Source: Mobula hypostoma
Taxonomy: Eukaryota
Assembly: GCF_963921235.1 (NCBI RefSeq)
Contig: NC_086097.1
Span: forward strand, 16,802,001 to 16,866,000
DNA: 64,000 bases
Direction of reading: 5' to 3'
Numbering within the stretch: position 1 is the first letter of the stretch; each line of letters begins with the position of its first letter. A program made the translations under genes and the position numbers. Below are positions 1 through 11,684 of this stretch, in pieces. The notes beneath the pieces are model-generated. The model was not told the DNA's origin, searched no databases, and was given only the letters and a program-made list of their open reading frames with translations.

Positions 1-65
1 TGCACGGCTTGAAGAGTCGGAAGGGCCTGTTCTGCACTGTATCTCTAAATAAAATAAAATAAATA
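1..65 (+). mobile_element. 3' tail of HE1-like SINE, cut by window edge
   Basis: ggcttgaagagtcggaagggcctgttctgcactgtatctct plus (aaata)n matches the tails of the SINEs at 51536-51853 and 56736-57011. Confidence 0.7.
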
Positions 66-544
66 TTATACTACCTGCAAAGCTCTAATATTTATTGCTC
101 CTCAGTTGGTACAGAGGTGATATTGGAGAATATATGAAATAAATGGAAGAACCAGAACTTTGCTTACACTGGATCACGTATTGCCCCCTTTTAGTATATT
201 GATGAATGTTCTCACCATAACATTAGTACTGGCATACCAGGACGATTTTAATATTGTAACATTACATAGTGTTTGATTGTGATCTGAATGTTATTTATTT
301 ATAAAAGATAAGTACAAATACTTTTATATTCTGACAAAAGTGCTTGATGCTATGGATACACGAGTTTTTTTCTGAATATTTATACTGTTTATGATTAAAA
401 TGGGTGAATGAATATGTTATTTCTTATTGTTGGAGTCTTTCTAGAGATCGAAACTTAGTAACTGAAGAAAGTATCCCTTATCTCTTAATTCAAAACAGTT
501 TGAGACTTCAGGGGCACTCATAACTTAATATTCAAATATATACA

Positions 545-772
545 TGTGTTACATCGTTATACAGACTGAAGCCACTTGGCCCATTGAAATGAGACTGGTC
601 AAAAATGGAGTTACTTGGGTTATTCCTATTTCCCAGATCCCAGTAAGTAGCTCTGTGGGTCTTGATTCTTCAAATCATCTAGGTCTGTTTTTCATGTGAT
701 GAAGGTTTCTACCTCATCACCCTTTCAGGCAAGAGGTTCCAGACCCTTGTAACTTTTTGGGTGAAATTTCAT
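545..772 (-). mobile_element. Ancient CR1 LINE 3' remnant
   Basis: gccacttggcccattg and caccctttcaggcaagaggttccagacc resemble the reverse-strand CR1 3' ends elsewhere in the window; heavily decayed. Confidence 0.45.
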
Positions 773-1329
773 CAGCTGAATAGAGAGGATTTATGGATAT
801 GTTTTTTTTCCCTAAGGCTGAGAGGAATGAACACCAGAAAAAACTATCAAGGATTATAAAAGGAGCAAATAAGAAGCAATATTTCAAGCTTAGTTGGTTG
901 ACGTTTTGTTGTCTGTAATGGTACCAAAAGACAGAACTTTTTATATCAATTAATGATTATAAAGTTTATGATTGAGTGCAAACCCTGAACATATAATGGA
1001 GCCTTGGATAACTGCAGTAAAATTCCTGTAATAGGGCAACTGTTTGTTCAGATATTCGGATTTTTGTACCATCTTGCTCACTTGTTGGTCCAGAATATGA
1101 GCTGGATCCACAGCACAAATAAGGAGTGCAGCCAGGACTGAAGTCTGGATGCTGGGCTGGGCCTCGGGGTCCTGAACACAAAAGGATCAGGAACACAAAT
1201 AAGTTTGCAACCAGTGTCTAAAGTGCTTTATACTGTATTTACTGCTGTTTTCTGTCTGTAAAATTTATTTGTTTCCAGAATTTGGGTAATGCCAGATAGT
1301 GATTATTTCCCAATCTCGATTGTTTCTGA

Positions 1330-1620
1330 AATGAGTGGCTCTTCAGACTATTTAAGAAATCAATCAAGATTTAATCAGAGGTCATGGGCCAGATACAGGT
1401 AAATTGCAAATTTCCTTCCCTAAAGAACATAAATGAACTCAATAGTTTCTTTTTTATTGTGGGTTAGTAGTTTCTTGCTCATTATAATAGCTTCTTGTTC
1501 CAAAATTGTTTAGTTAATTGAATTTAAATTGACCAGCTGTAATGTATCTCTTACTCAAAGTCTTATTTCCAGCACAATCATGTTGGACTCTGAATACTAG
1601 CCTAGTAACTTAACCAGAAT
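1330..1620 (-). mobile_element. Old tRNA-derived SINE remnant
   Basis: atttccttccctaaagaacataaatgaac...ttgaatttaaattgaccagctg...gaatactagcctagtaacttaacca resembles a common elasmobranch SINE body (recognition from memory). Confidence 0.4.
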
Positions 1621-2564
1621 ATTTCTGTACACCCCATTTACAGCTAATGGAGAGATATAACATTGGTTAATTCATAGCATTACAATGCAACACCATTTGA
1701 GTTAAGCTCCTTTTTAAAGAAGGAAAACTTTGATTAAAAACTTGGTGGTTTTCTTTTTTCAGCATGCATGTTGAGTTATATCCAAAATTACCTTGGGATA
1801 TAATGGGGTTAATATAGTTTCTGTCACTTGGTTCCTCAAAAATAGAAAGCTAATTTAACTTCATAATGTTTTTTGGAGCTTTTTTCCCCCCTGAAGATTT
1901 ATATGTTGGTAGATGTCAAGCATTAAATGAAGTGTTAAAGGAGGCTATTCAGTTTTATTGGAAGAACCATCCATTTCTCAGTTGCAGCATTCCCTGTTGC
2001 CCTCCAAGTTCTTCCCATTACGCTGTTGTTAAATCTTGAGGCAACCCAATGTAACTTGAAGTGAACTGCAGAATTTACTCTTGTATTAATAAGCCCAAAC
2101 ATCCATAAAAAAAAACTAGAAAAAAAGTAATGAATAACTACTTACACTTTATCATTGCTACAATTGTCATTATGAAAAACATTTACGATAGACTCCTTTC
2201 AGAAGCTGATGAGTAGAGAGTGTATGCTGAATAATATTAAGTGGACTGATATTTTAAGAAAAAATACTGTTTTTACAAAAACTTGTTGTTAATTATGTTG
2301 CAAGAATGATGAGTAAATTTTAATAAAGGGATTTGTTGTCATCATTTTTGATCAATTACGCCTTAATTATCATATTCATAACATGCTTTGTGAAGTAATG
2401 GTTGTTCAGTTGCTGCATTCACATGAGTACAACTATTCTAAATTGCTGCCATCTGTGATGCACTTTTTCTGGTGACCTTGGGAACTGACCCTTTGGACTG
2501 TTAGTGATTTTACTTTATTTTCTCATCTTTCCCCTGTTACACGTTAGCAAGCTAAGCAATGTTC

Positions 2565-2859
2565 ATTTTATTTATTTAGTGATACAGTGTGGAGTAGGCC
2601 CTTCTGACCCTTTGAGCCACACTGCCCCAGCAACCCCCGTCAAATCTGATTGAACTCTAACCTAATCTCGGGAAAATTTGCAGTGACCTATCAACCTACC
2701 TGCTATGTCTTTGGACTGTGGGAGGAAATGGGAGAAAATCCATGCATTCCACGGGAAGAGTGTATAGAGACTCCTTTCAAAATGGCACCAGGATTGTACT
2801 CTGAACTCCGGAACGCCTTGCATTGTAATAGTCAAGCTAACCGCTATGCTATAGTGGCA
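2565..2859 (-). mobile_element. HE1-like tRNA-derived SINE
   Basis: (ttta)n tail, CR1-like 3' end, core tctttggactgtgggaggaaa, tRNA-like head at the right end; homologous to 62334-62620. Confidence 0.8.
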
Positions 2860-2871
2860 CACAGTGTTGTC

Positions 2872-3035
2872 ACCATGGTCACCCAATAGTTAGTGTTGCT
2901 GCCTCAGTTCCAAGGATTTGTTTGATCCTGAACTTGTGGAGATTGCACAGACTCTCCTTGACTGTATTGGTTTCCTCTGGAAGCTCTAGATTCTTCCTAC
3001 CTCTCAAAGATATCCTGGTTGTAAATTCCCTCTTG
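2872..3035 (+). mobile_element. Older HE1/V-SINE-like 5' fragment
   Basis: gttagtgttgctgcctcag head and ggtttcctctggaagctctagattcttcctacctctcaaaga core; lies head-to-head with the previous SINE. Confidence 0.55.
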
Positions 3036-3367
3036 GCTGCTATATTACTCATTATATTCCTAAGCTGGGTAGTCTGAGGACAGGTCAAGGACTGGTGCAA
3101 AACTGGCATGGAAAATAAAGAAAGGGGGAATGGGACTGATGGTTTTGCCTCACCAGGATTTATTAAAAGTGAATAATTTTCACTCACTTGTGGGGATATG
3201 TCAACAGAGTGCAAAACAGAAATTTTTAATGTCTTTCCTTTGGCCAAGTCTGAACATGGCATTCAGGACATGGATCACAACAATATTTCCTTCAATTTTA
3301 TTTCTAGCAATTCCTCCTTGGAAACCAACTTCTGCAACTCTGAATCTGATGTCAAACTAAGTAAAAT

Positions 3368-3490
3368 TGATTCAAAGTATATTTATTATCAAAGTACATA
3401 TGTATTATATACTACTGTGAGATTAATTTTCATGTGGGTATTTACAGTACATCCAAAGAAACACAATAGAATCATTGATGATAAGAGTTA
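3368..3490 (-). mobile_element. Rex1/Babar-type 3' terminal fragment
   Basis: ttcaaagtatatttattatcaaagtacatatg matches the terminus at 11685, which is linked to Rex1 coding sequence. Confidence 0.65.
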
Positions 3491-3559
3491 CAACGAAAAC
3501 ATCTATTATCAGAGTTCAAGAAAACCCAGAGAATTCCACAAGATCACCATAAGCATTGG

Positions 3560-4700
3560 ATAAGGCAGTGAGAAGCATAGACTCCTCGTATCAGCTATAA
3601 GGCTTGGAGGCTCTGTGTCCAGTTTCTTAGAGAGGCTCAGCCACTGAAAACGGATCCTTCCTGAGTCAATGCAATTTCAGTTGTTTTCCATTTTCACTTG
3701 GTATTTAAAATAGTGAAGAAATAAAAGCTCAGTTTAACAGAGAATACCAAAATCTGTGCAAAGGCTTCTGGATTTAGACCTCTCCCTGCATCGGTAGATG
3801 AAATGGATGTTATTTTTGCAGTGATGCCAAACAAAAAGCCACTGGGTTAGATGAGATTTACCCAGAGTTCTTGAAGTATCTTGTGGACAAGAAGATTCAC
3901 TTAGCTTGTTGATCTTTTCACAGCACCAAGTTGGGGGTGTGGTGGAGGAGACACACCAAAGGAATGGAAACAGACCATTTTTGCTGTCTGTAATGGGAGC
4001 TGATACTTAATGTTTCATACATCATTTGATCTCAGCAATGAATTCTGCCTGCTAATTTTGTGTCCACCTTATAGAACAGTTAAGTCTGACCCATGTGCTT
4101 TACAGTGGGACTCCCATAATGATTAGTCCTGATAATATCACTTTTCAGCATCTACATTAGTGACCCTTCATATGATCAGTCAAGTTCACACATGCATATG
4201 GTTAGTTGAACGGACACACATAACTACATCAGCCAGTACTAAGACATCAAGGAACTGAATGAAACTCACGTCAGTGGAAATTGCATCCAAACGTCAGCAT
4301 TACCCTTCCACCTGGAAGGCAAATCTGGCATTCAGAAGCTGGACGTCAAGTTCTGCATGAAGATAGTGGAACATGCATATTCCACCAATAACTAGGAAGA
4401 TGACAGGATCATTACCTCAGATTTAAATAATAATGATCAAAGATCAGGTGATGGCCCAAACAAGATTTCTGCAGAAGCACATGGGAGCCACAAGGTCTTC
4501 GGATGACTACCTATAGAGACCGTGTTGGTGCTTGAGTTTGGTTTTCTCCACTATGGAATATTAGTTTTCCTGGAATGAAAAATTAAGATGCTGAATTTGT
4601 AACTAAAGACAGTTATGCACATTGTTACTGGAATATTGACATCATCAAACTTCACTCTCCTGGTTTTAAGAGGAATTGATCTGTCATTGGCTTCTTATTG
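3560..4700 (+). mobile_element. Highly decayed Ingi/Vingi-like non-LTR retrotransposon (RT region pseudogene)
   Basis: Manual translation gives collinear peptides KAWRL, KATGLDEIYPEFLKYL, GLP**LVLIISLFSIYISD, QWKLHPN, FHLEGK..QKLDVKFC, LSLVFSTMEY, VMHIVTG, with stops and frameshifts. Confidence 0.6.
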
Positions 4701-4856
4701 GATTGTTGCAAGCTTGTATATTTCACTCACCTGCAGGAGGAAAGTTGTAGTAAAATAGGAGCTCAAGTCAAGGAACCACTCTGGGAAGAGACTTGAGCGA
4801 TCCACCTTGATTACCAGCTAAGCACAATAGACACCCACAATGGAATGGCAAGAATA

Positions 4857-5525
4857 AACAGAGATTCTGTATATGCTGGAAATCCTGAACAACATGCACA
4901 CGAAGTGCAAAAGGAACTCAGCAGGTCAATCAACATCTATAGAGGGGAATAAACAGTTGATGTTTTGGGCCAAGACTCTTCATCAGGACTGGAAAGGAAG
5001 GGAGAAAAAGCCAGAATAAGAATGTGGAAGAGTGGAAGGAATACGAACTGGGTGATTGGTGAAACCAGATGAGGGGAATGAATTAAGAAGCTGGGTGGTG
5101 ATAGGTGGAAGAGGCAAAGGGACAAAGGAGGAGGAATGGAATGGGAGAAGACAATGGACCATGAGAAAGGGAAGGAAGAGAGGGAGCAGAGGGAGGTAAT
5201 GGGCAGGTAAGGAGAAGAGAAGGGGTGAGAGGGAAATTGGAATGGAAAAAGAGAAAAGGAGTGGAAGGACAAATTACTGGAAGTTTGATAAATCAGTCTT
5301 GTCACCATCAGATTGTAGTCTACCAGAAGGAATATTAAATGTCCCACTCTCCAACTTCTCCCTCACCTGGTTACACCTATCACATGCCAGCTTGTACTCC
5401 TTCCCCTTTCCTCCCTTTATCTTCCTCCCCTTCCTTCCAGTACTGATGAAGGGTCTCAGCTTAGAACGTTGACTGTTTATTCCCCTCCCTAGATGGTGGC
5501 TGACCTGCTGAGTTCCTCCTGCATT
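4857..5525. mobile_element. Old PLE fold-back insertion (minus 3' end plus inverted plus-strand partial copy)
   Basis: Minus arm 4857-~5345 includes the GIY-YIG C-terminal remnant; plus arm ~5352-5525; degenerate hammerheads at ~4955-4990 and ~5439-5475; degenerate TSD tggaatggcaagaata/tgaaatgacaacaata (13/16). Confidence 0.75.
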
Positions 5526-5763
5526 TGAAATGACAACAATACTTTGATCTATTTCAATAAGTTTTTGTACTAAGTATATGGACAATCTTGAATCAGCTAT
5601 GAGCTGGATAGTGTAAGGTGGATATCTTTCACAATGATGGAGAGTGAAATCAAGTCTTACTTACCCTGGCAACATTAAAAGTTGAACAAAATAACATACT
5701 GTCAAAAACTGCTCCTACAGAAGTTTTCTGCATCTCTTGACTAAAGCTCACATGGCCACAGTA

Positions 5764-6070
5764 ATTCAACGTTCAAATAAAATCTATTATCAAAGTATGA
5801 GATTTATTTTCTTGTAGGCATTCAGAGTGGAACAAAGAAATATAACAGAATCAATGAGAAGCTACACTCAAACAAAAACTGCCAAGCAACCAATGTCCAA
5901 AAGAAGACAAACTGCAAATACAAAGAAAAAGCAAATAATAATAACAATATACATATAAATAAGTAACACTGGAACATGAGTTGTAGAGTCTTGAAAGTGA
6001 GCCTGTAGATAGTGGAATCAGTTCATTGTTCAGGTGAGTGAAGGAACTTGATAATTGAAGGGTATAAGCA
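5764..6070 (-). mobile_element. Rex1/Babar-type 3' UTR fragment
   Basis: Collinear with 11685-12030. Confidence 0.65.
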
Positions 6071-6261
6071 GAATAACAGTAGTTGCTGTTTCCTTGCTAT
6101 AAAACTTAAATATTAATATATTGGTACAACTATCATTTGACTAAAAGGACCTTTAAACCTCAGGGAAATTATGAATAGTCAATAAATATGTCTTTACTGG
6201 GAATTACAGATTAATTTTCAGGATTCATTGAACATATCAAGGGATTATCAATGTAGAAACT

Positions 6262-6343
6262 CCCTATAAACAGCACTGGAATTGAATCAAGGTCGCTGGT
6301 GGTGTAACATTATTACTGTAACTACTACGCTACAGTGCCACCC
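6262..6343 (-). mobile_element. SINE tRNA-like head fragment
   Basis: ggaattgaatc (reverse B-box-like) and ctacgctacagtgccacc head, as in the HE1-like copies. Confidence 0.5.
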
Positions 6344-7137
6344 TTACTGAACGGTATGTCTTCATCCTGCCAAACTGGTGCATGAATTCTATTTCCTATG
6401 AATATTCCAAAATGAATTGCACATGTAGACTTTGGCTCCTTAAGCAGCAGGTTCAGTTTAAATGATGTCATTTGGTGGCACCTTGTGTTCAGATAACTGA
6501 AGCTTCTCTGCAGGTGCATCTTAAATTCCAAACTTCATTTCCACTGACCGTACTGCAAGACATTTAGGAACTACAGGCCTTGCAGTGAGTTATTTATAAT
6601 TTATTACAGACATTAGACGTATTAATTTATTGCAGTGGTGGCTAACATGGTTTTCATAAGGAGAGGTTGTCCAAAGAAAACCTAGTGATGGGGAACTATT
6701 AATTAGTTTAAAAGGATGAGATGGCATTAATCACTAAGAGTGGGATTAAATTTAACATCTGGTGGCAATCACAATGGTGCTGTTGTTCGGGAGAGTGTGA
6801 CCCATATTACTAAACACACAAAAGAGCATCATTGCATTGAACAAGTCAATCACCCTTTCTCTGGGTACCCTAAGAAAATAAAAGTAGAGGTGTGCGCAGG
6901 GGTGTGACATGGTCTAGCCATTTAGTCGGGGAATTTACTAACTAAAAGACTTATTGATCTTTTGAAATTCTAAATCCTGGAGCACAAGAAATACTTGAAT
7001 AATTTTGTGGACATTTATAGAATGATATAATTATGAAGTTGAAGAGGGGAGAAACAGCTGAGGTAACATTTCCATATCTTGTTTTCTGATGTGGCCCTGT
7101 GAATGATAACACAAACCCACTGCTTGGAGGTGTTAGC

Positions 7138-7295
7138 AGGCCAGGCAGCATCCATGGAAAAAAAGTACAGTGGATGTTTCGTCCCGAAAAGTCGACTGTA
7201 CTTTTTTCCATAGATGCTGCCTGACCAGCTGAGTTCCTCCAGCATTTTGTGTGTGTTGCTCGGATTTCCAGCATCTGCAGATTTTCTTTTGTTTG
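7138..7295. mobile_element. 158-bp PLE-derived fold-back mini-insertion
   Basis: Inverted arms meet at gtttcg/tcccgaaaa, downstream of the CTGANGA core; perfect 17-bp TSD tgcttggaggtgttagc at 7121-7137 and 7296-7312. Confidence 0.9.
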
Positions 7296-7350
7296 TGCTT
7301 GGAGGTGTTAGCTTTGTTAAATATACTGAAATTACATTATGATAGCTATA

Positions 7351-7615
7351 TCCCTGTAGTTCAAAGGACAATTTATTCAGAAAGTACACAACTATGAAAT
7401 TCTTCTTCTCCAGATAGCCACAAAACCAAGAAAGAAAAGAATAGCAGTATGATCATCAAGCCCCAAATCTCTCCTCCCCACACAAACAAAAATGGACAAA
7501 AGCACAACAGGCACATCAACTCCCAAATCCCCCTCCCCTGCACACAGGAAAAACAAGAAAGATTGGGCGAAAAACATAGAATATAAAAAACTAAACGTAG
7601 TTTATGAATTTTACC
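7351..7615 (-). mobile_element. Non-coding element with Rex1-type 3' tail (3' part)
   Basis: Tail resembles 23200-23285 and 40361-40458. Confidence 0.55.
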
Positions 7616-7619
7616 TCCA

Positions 7620-7827
7620 AAGTCGGCTGTGAAAGGAGGAGGGTTCACCATGGGGTTAGCAACCCCATCCCGTAGATACCCAGAGCTACAGGAACGCTAA
7701 AAGAAGCTCCAAAGATCTCATCCTTGGGAGAGGAAGGATATTTTCCTAGAAAATGTATAAGGTGGGCTATAGCTCGGGACTACTTGAAAACTGCCCCAGG
7801 ACAGAAGACTTTGGTGTGCTACTGTTA
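7620..7827 (+). mobile_element. RTE-derived short non-autonomous element, split by CR1; its last ~30 nt are at 9323-9352
   Basis: RTE-like 5' motif ggggttagcaaccccatcccgta joined to RTE-like 3' motif gccccaggacagaagactttgg; tail cctgcccagtagagatgatgggcttaag resumes after the CR1. Confidence 0.55.
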
Positions 7828-7834
7828 CCCTAGG

Positions 7835-9322
7835 CACTAGACACTAGAATACTACAGCACAGTACAGGCCCTTCGGCCCTCGATGTTGTGTCAGTCCATA
7901 TATTCCTTAAAAAAATGTACTAAACCCACACTACCCCGTATCCCTCTATTTTTCTTTCATCTATATGCCTGTCTGAGAGGCTCTTAAATACCCCTAATGT
8001 TTTAGCCTCCACCACCATCCCTGGCAAGTCATTCCAGGCAGCTACAACCCCCCATGTAAAAAAACGTATCCCGATGTCTCCCCTAAACTTCCCTCCATTA
8101 ACTTTGTACATAAATCTAATGTTTGCTATTCCTGCCCTGGGAAACAGGTACTAGCTATCCACCCTATCTATGCCTCTCATAATCTTTTAGACCTCTCATC
8201 CTTCTACACTCCAAAGAGAAAAGTCCCAGCTCTGCTAACCTTGCCTCATAAGGCTTGTTTTCCAATCCAGGCAACATGCTGGTAAATCTCCTCTGCACCC
8301 TCTCCATAGCTTCCACATCCTTCCTATAATGAGGTGAGCAGAACCGCACACAATACTCTACGTGTGGTCTCACCAGAGATTTGTAGAGTTGCAACATGCC
8401 GTCTCTACCCTTGAACTCAATCCCCCCATTAATGAAGCCTAGCATCCCATAAGGCTTCTTAACTATCCTATCAACCTGTGCGGCGATCTTGAGGGATGTA
8501 TGGATTTGAACCCCAAGGTCCCTCTGTCATTCCACACTCTTAAGTAACCTACCACTAACCCTGTACTCAGCCTTTTGGTTTGCCCTTCCAAAATTCATCA
8601 CCTCACACTTATCCGGATTGAACTTCATCTGCGGCTTTTTTGCCCAACTCATCATCCTGTCTATATCCTCTTGTAACCTTCAACAACCTACAACTCAATC
8701 CACCACTACTCCAATCTTCATGTCATCTGCAAACTTACCCATCCTTCTGCCTCTTCATCCAGGTAATTTATAAAAATCATAAAGAGCAGGAGTCCCAGGA
8801 CAGATCCTTGCGGCACTCCACTAGTCACCGACCTCCAGGCAGAATACTTTCCTTCCACTACTACCCTCTGCTTTCTTCCTTTAAGCCAATTTTTTATCCA
8901 AACAGCCAAGGTTCCACTGATCCCATACCTCATGACTTTCTGGATGAGTCTCTCGTGGAGGACCTTGTCAAATGCCTTACTAAAATCCATGTAGACCACA
9001 TCTACTGCCCTACCCTCATTAATTCCTTTTGTTACCTCTTCAAAACACTCAGTTAGGCTCATGAGACACGACCTTCCCTTCACAAAGTCATGTTGACTAT
9101 CCTTGAGTAGATTGTACTTCTCCAAGTGCGTGAAGATCCTATTCTTAAGAATCCTTTCCAATAGTTTGCATACTACCGACATAAGACTCACTGGTCTGTA
9201 GTTCCCAGGATTCTCCCTATTACATTTTTTAAATAAGGGAACCACATTTGCCATTCTCCAGTCCTCCAGCACCTCCCCTGCAGCCAAAGAGGATTCCAAG
9301 ATCATAGCTACTGCTCCAGTAT
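7835..9322 (-). mobile_element. 5'-truncated CR1 LINE, frameshifted RT
   Basis: ORF pieces 8718-9320 ([28 protein letters not shown]), 8164-8445 (LVRPHVEYC) and 7920-8111; CR1 3' UTR. Confidence 0.95.
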
Positions 9323-9681
9323 CCCTGCCCAGTAGAGATGATGGGCTTAAGAGTGAGAAGAGTAATTTATAAAATAGAAGATGTGTGGAGAGAAGAAAGC
9401 CCTTTGATGGGGTGGAAGTAGCTCTTGTATTTCGGCAAAAAAACTTTGATCTTGGACTCCTGTATCTTCTCCCCTGTGGTTTGATGCCAAAGGCAATCAT
9501 GAACATTCCCTTTTCCTTATTGACTCTGTTGATCAGTGTCAAATATTAAAGGCAATTTTTAATGTCATGAGTCTGCAGCAGAGAGAGCTCTGTTAGTGAT
9601 TACACTCTGTCTCACTTCATCATCGATTTTATTATTCATTTTACAGCACCTACTTTGGACCTATAACCTTTCCTCCAACAA

Positions 9682-10797
9682 TATTGGGGGTAAGGTATTG
9701 GTGTGGGTGGAGAATTGGTTAGCAGACAGGAAGCAAAGAGTGGGAATAAACGGGACCTTTTCAGAATGGCAGGCGGTGACTAGTGGGGTACCGCAAGGCT
9801 CAGTGCTGGGACCCCAGTTGTTTACAATATATATTAATGACTTGGATGAGGGAATTAAATGCAGCATCTCCAAGTTTGCGGATGACACGAAGCTGGGTGG
9901 CAGTGTTAGCAGTGAGGAGGATGCTAAGAGGATGCAGGGTGACTTGGATAGGTTGGGTGAGTGGGCAAACTCATGGCAGATGCAATTTAATGTGGATAAA
10001 TGTGAAGTTATCCACTTTGGTGGCAAAAATAGGAAAACAGATTATTATCTGAATGGTGGCCGATTAGGAAAAGGGGAGGTGCAACGAGACCTGGGTGTCA
10101 TTATACACCAGTCATTGAAAGTGGGCATGCAGGTACAGCAGGCGGTGAAAAAGGCGAACGGTATGCTGGCATTTATAGCGAGAGGATTCGAGTACAGGAG
10201 CAGGGAGGTACTACTGCAGTTGTACAAGGCCGTGGTGAGACCACACCTGGAGTATTGTGTGCAGTTTGGGTCCCCTAATCTGAGGAAAGACATCTTTGCC
10301 ATAGAGGGAGTACAAAGAAGGTTCACCAGATTGATTCCTGGGATGGCAGGTCTTTCATATGAAGAAAGACTGGATGAACTGGGCTTGTACTCGTTGGAAT
10401 TTAGAAGATTGAGGGGGGATCTGATTGAAACGTATAAGATCCTAAAGGGATTGGACAGGCTAGATGCGGGAAGATTGTTCCCGATGTTGGGGAGGTCTAG
10501 AACGAGGGGTCACAGTTTGAGGATAGAGGGGAAGCCTTTTAGGACCGAGGTTAGGAAAAACTTCTTCACACAGAGAGTGGTGAATCTGTGGAATTCTCTG
10601 CCACAGCAAACTGTTGAGGCCAGTTCATTAGCTATGTTTAAAAGGAAGTTAGATATGGCCCTTGTGGCTACAGGGGTCAGGGGGTATGGAGGGAAGGCTG
10701 GGTTCTGAGTTGGATGATCAGCCATGATCATAATAAATGGCGGTGCAGGCTCGAAGGGCCGAATGGCCTACTCCTGCACCTATTTTCTATGTTTCTA
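9682..10797 (+). mobile_element. Very young 5'-truncated CR1 LINE
   Basis: Open frame to the stop at 10708 ([28 protein letters not shown]); (tctatgtt)n tail. Confidence 0.97.
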
Positions 10798-11485
10798 ATA
10801 TATATGCCACAAGTGACAGTAGCTCATTCTTGGAAATGCCAGCTACAGGAGAAACCGATTTCTTAAGTGCACTCCTTTCCCTCACCATGCATTGCGTCTA
10901 TAGAAAGATTATCCTTTCCCCAGATCGGGTCTTGCATTGAAAAGACTATTCCACGTTAGCATCCCTTCCACACACCATGCATTGCATATGTTTCAGATAT
11001 GAAGAAATTCCTCGAGGTTTCGTGGAATCTTTGAGTTTTGAAGCTGTCCAATATTTTACTGGGCATTAGCTTGTTGACAGTTAGGAACCTGTCTCCATCC
11101 TTGACCTTAGAGAGAATTCTGAGCAATTCTAGAATAAGTTGGGTGGGTGAAAACATTGTGAATGTGGGGTGTTTATATTGCCTCTTGCGTGTTTAAAAAG
11201 GTCTAATTATTTTTACATTAATACAAAATGAGTCCCAGGACGTACACTAACAAATTTACTGATTTGCTTTTCTTCTTTTACTCACTCAACTTTCAACTGT
11301 ATTTCTTTTCCTGCTTTTAAAATAACTTATATAAGATTTTTTAATACTGTATTTAAAGTTTAACTCTTTTATCTTATTATATTTCTATCTTATCTTCTCG
11401 GGGTTGTTCTGAGAACATTTCCACCTTTTGCTTTCCCGATTATTTGACAATACTTGGTTACACCGATAGGATTATTGTGTTTGGT

Positions 11486-11678
11486 ACAGCATAGAAAGTA
11501 CCCTATCTGGATGCACAACAGCTTGGTATGGGCAACAGCCCATGACCGTAAGAAGCTGCAGCGAGTTGTGGACACAGCTCAGCATATCATGTAAACAAGC
11601 CTCCCCGGCGGACTCTGTATATTTCCCACTGGTTCAGTAAAGCAACCAGTGTAAGCAATGTCCACAACCATCCCAGAA
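11486..11678 (+). mobile_element. Old Rex1/Babar fragment, left part (continues at 14352)
   Basis: IESTLSGCTTAWYG..DRKKLQRVVDTAQHI-like sequence. Confidence 0.75.
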
Positions 11679-11684
11679 ATTGTG

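Noticed and set aside
2565..3035. Head-to-head SINE pair as one composite element
   Set aside because: Different ages and subfamilies, no shared TSD
4955..5475. Hammerhead-like motifs here and at 31756, 43600, 54345 and 55995 as functional ribozymes
   Set aside because: Core CTGANGA or GAAA positions or stems are mutated
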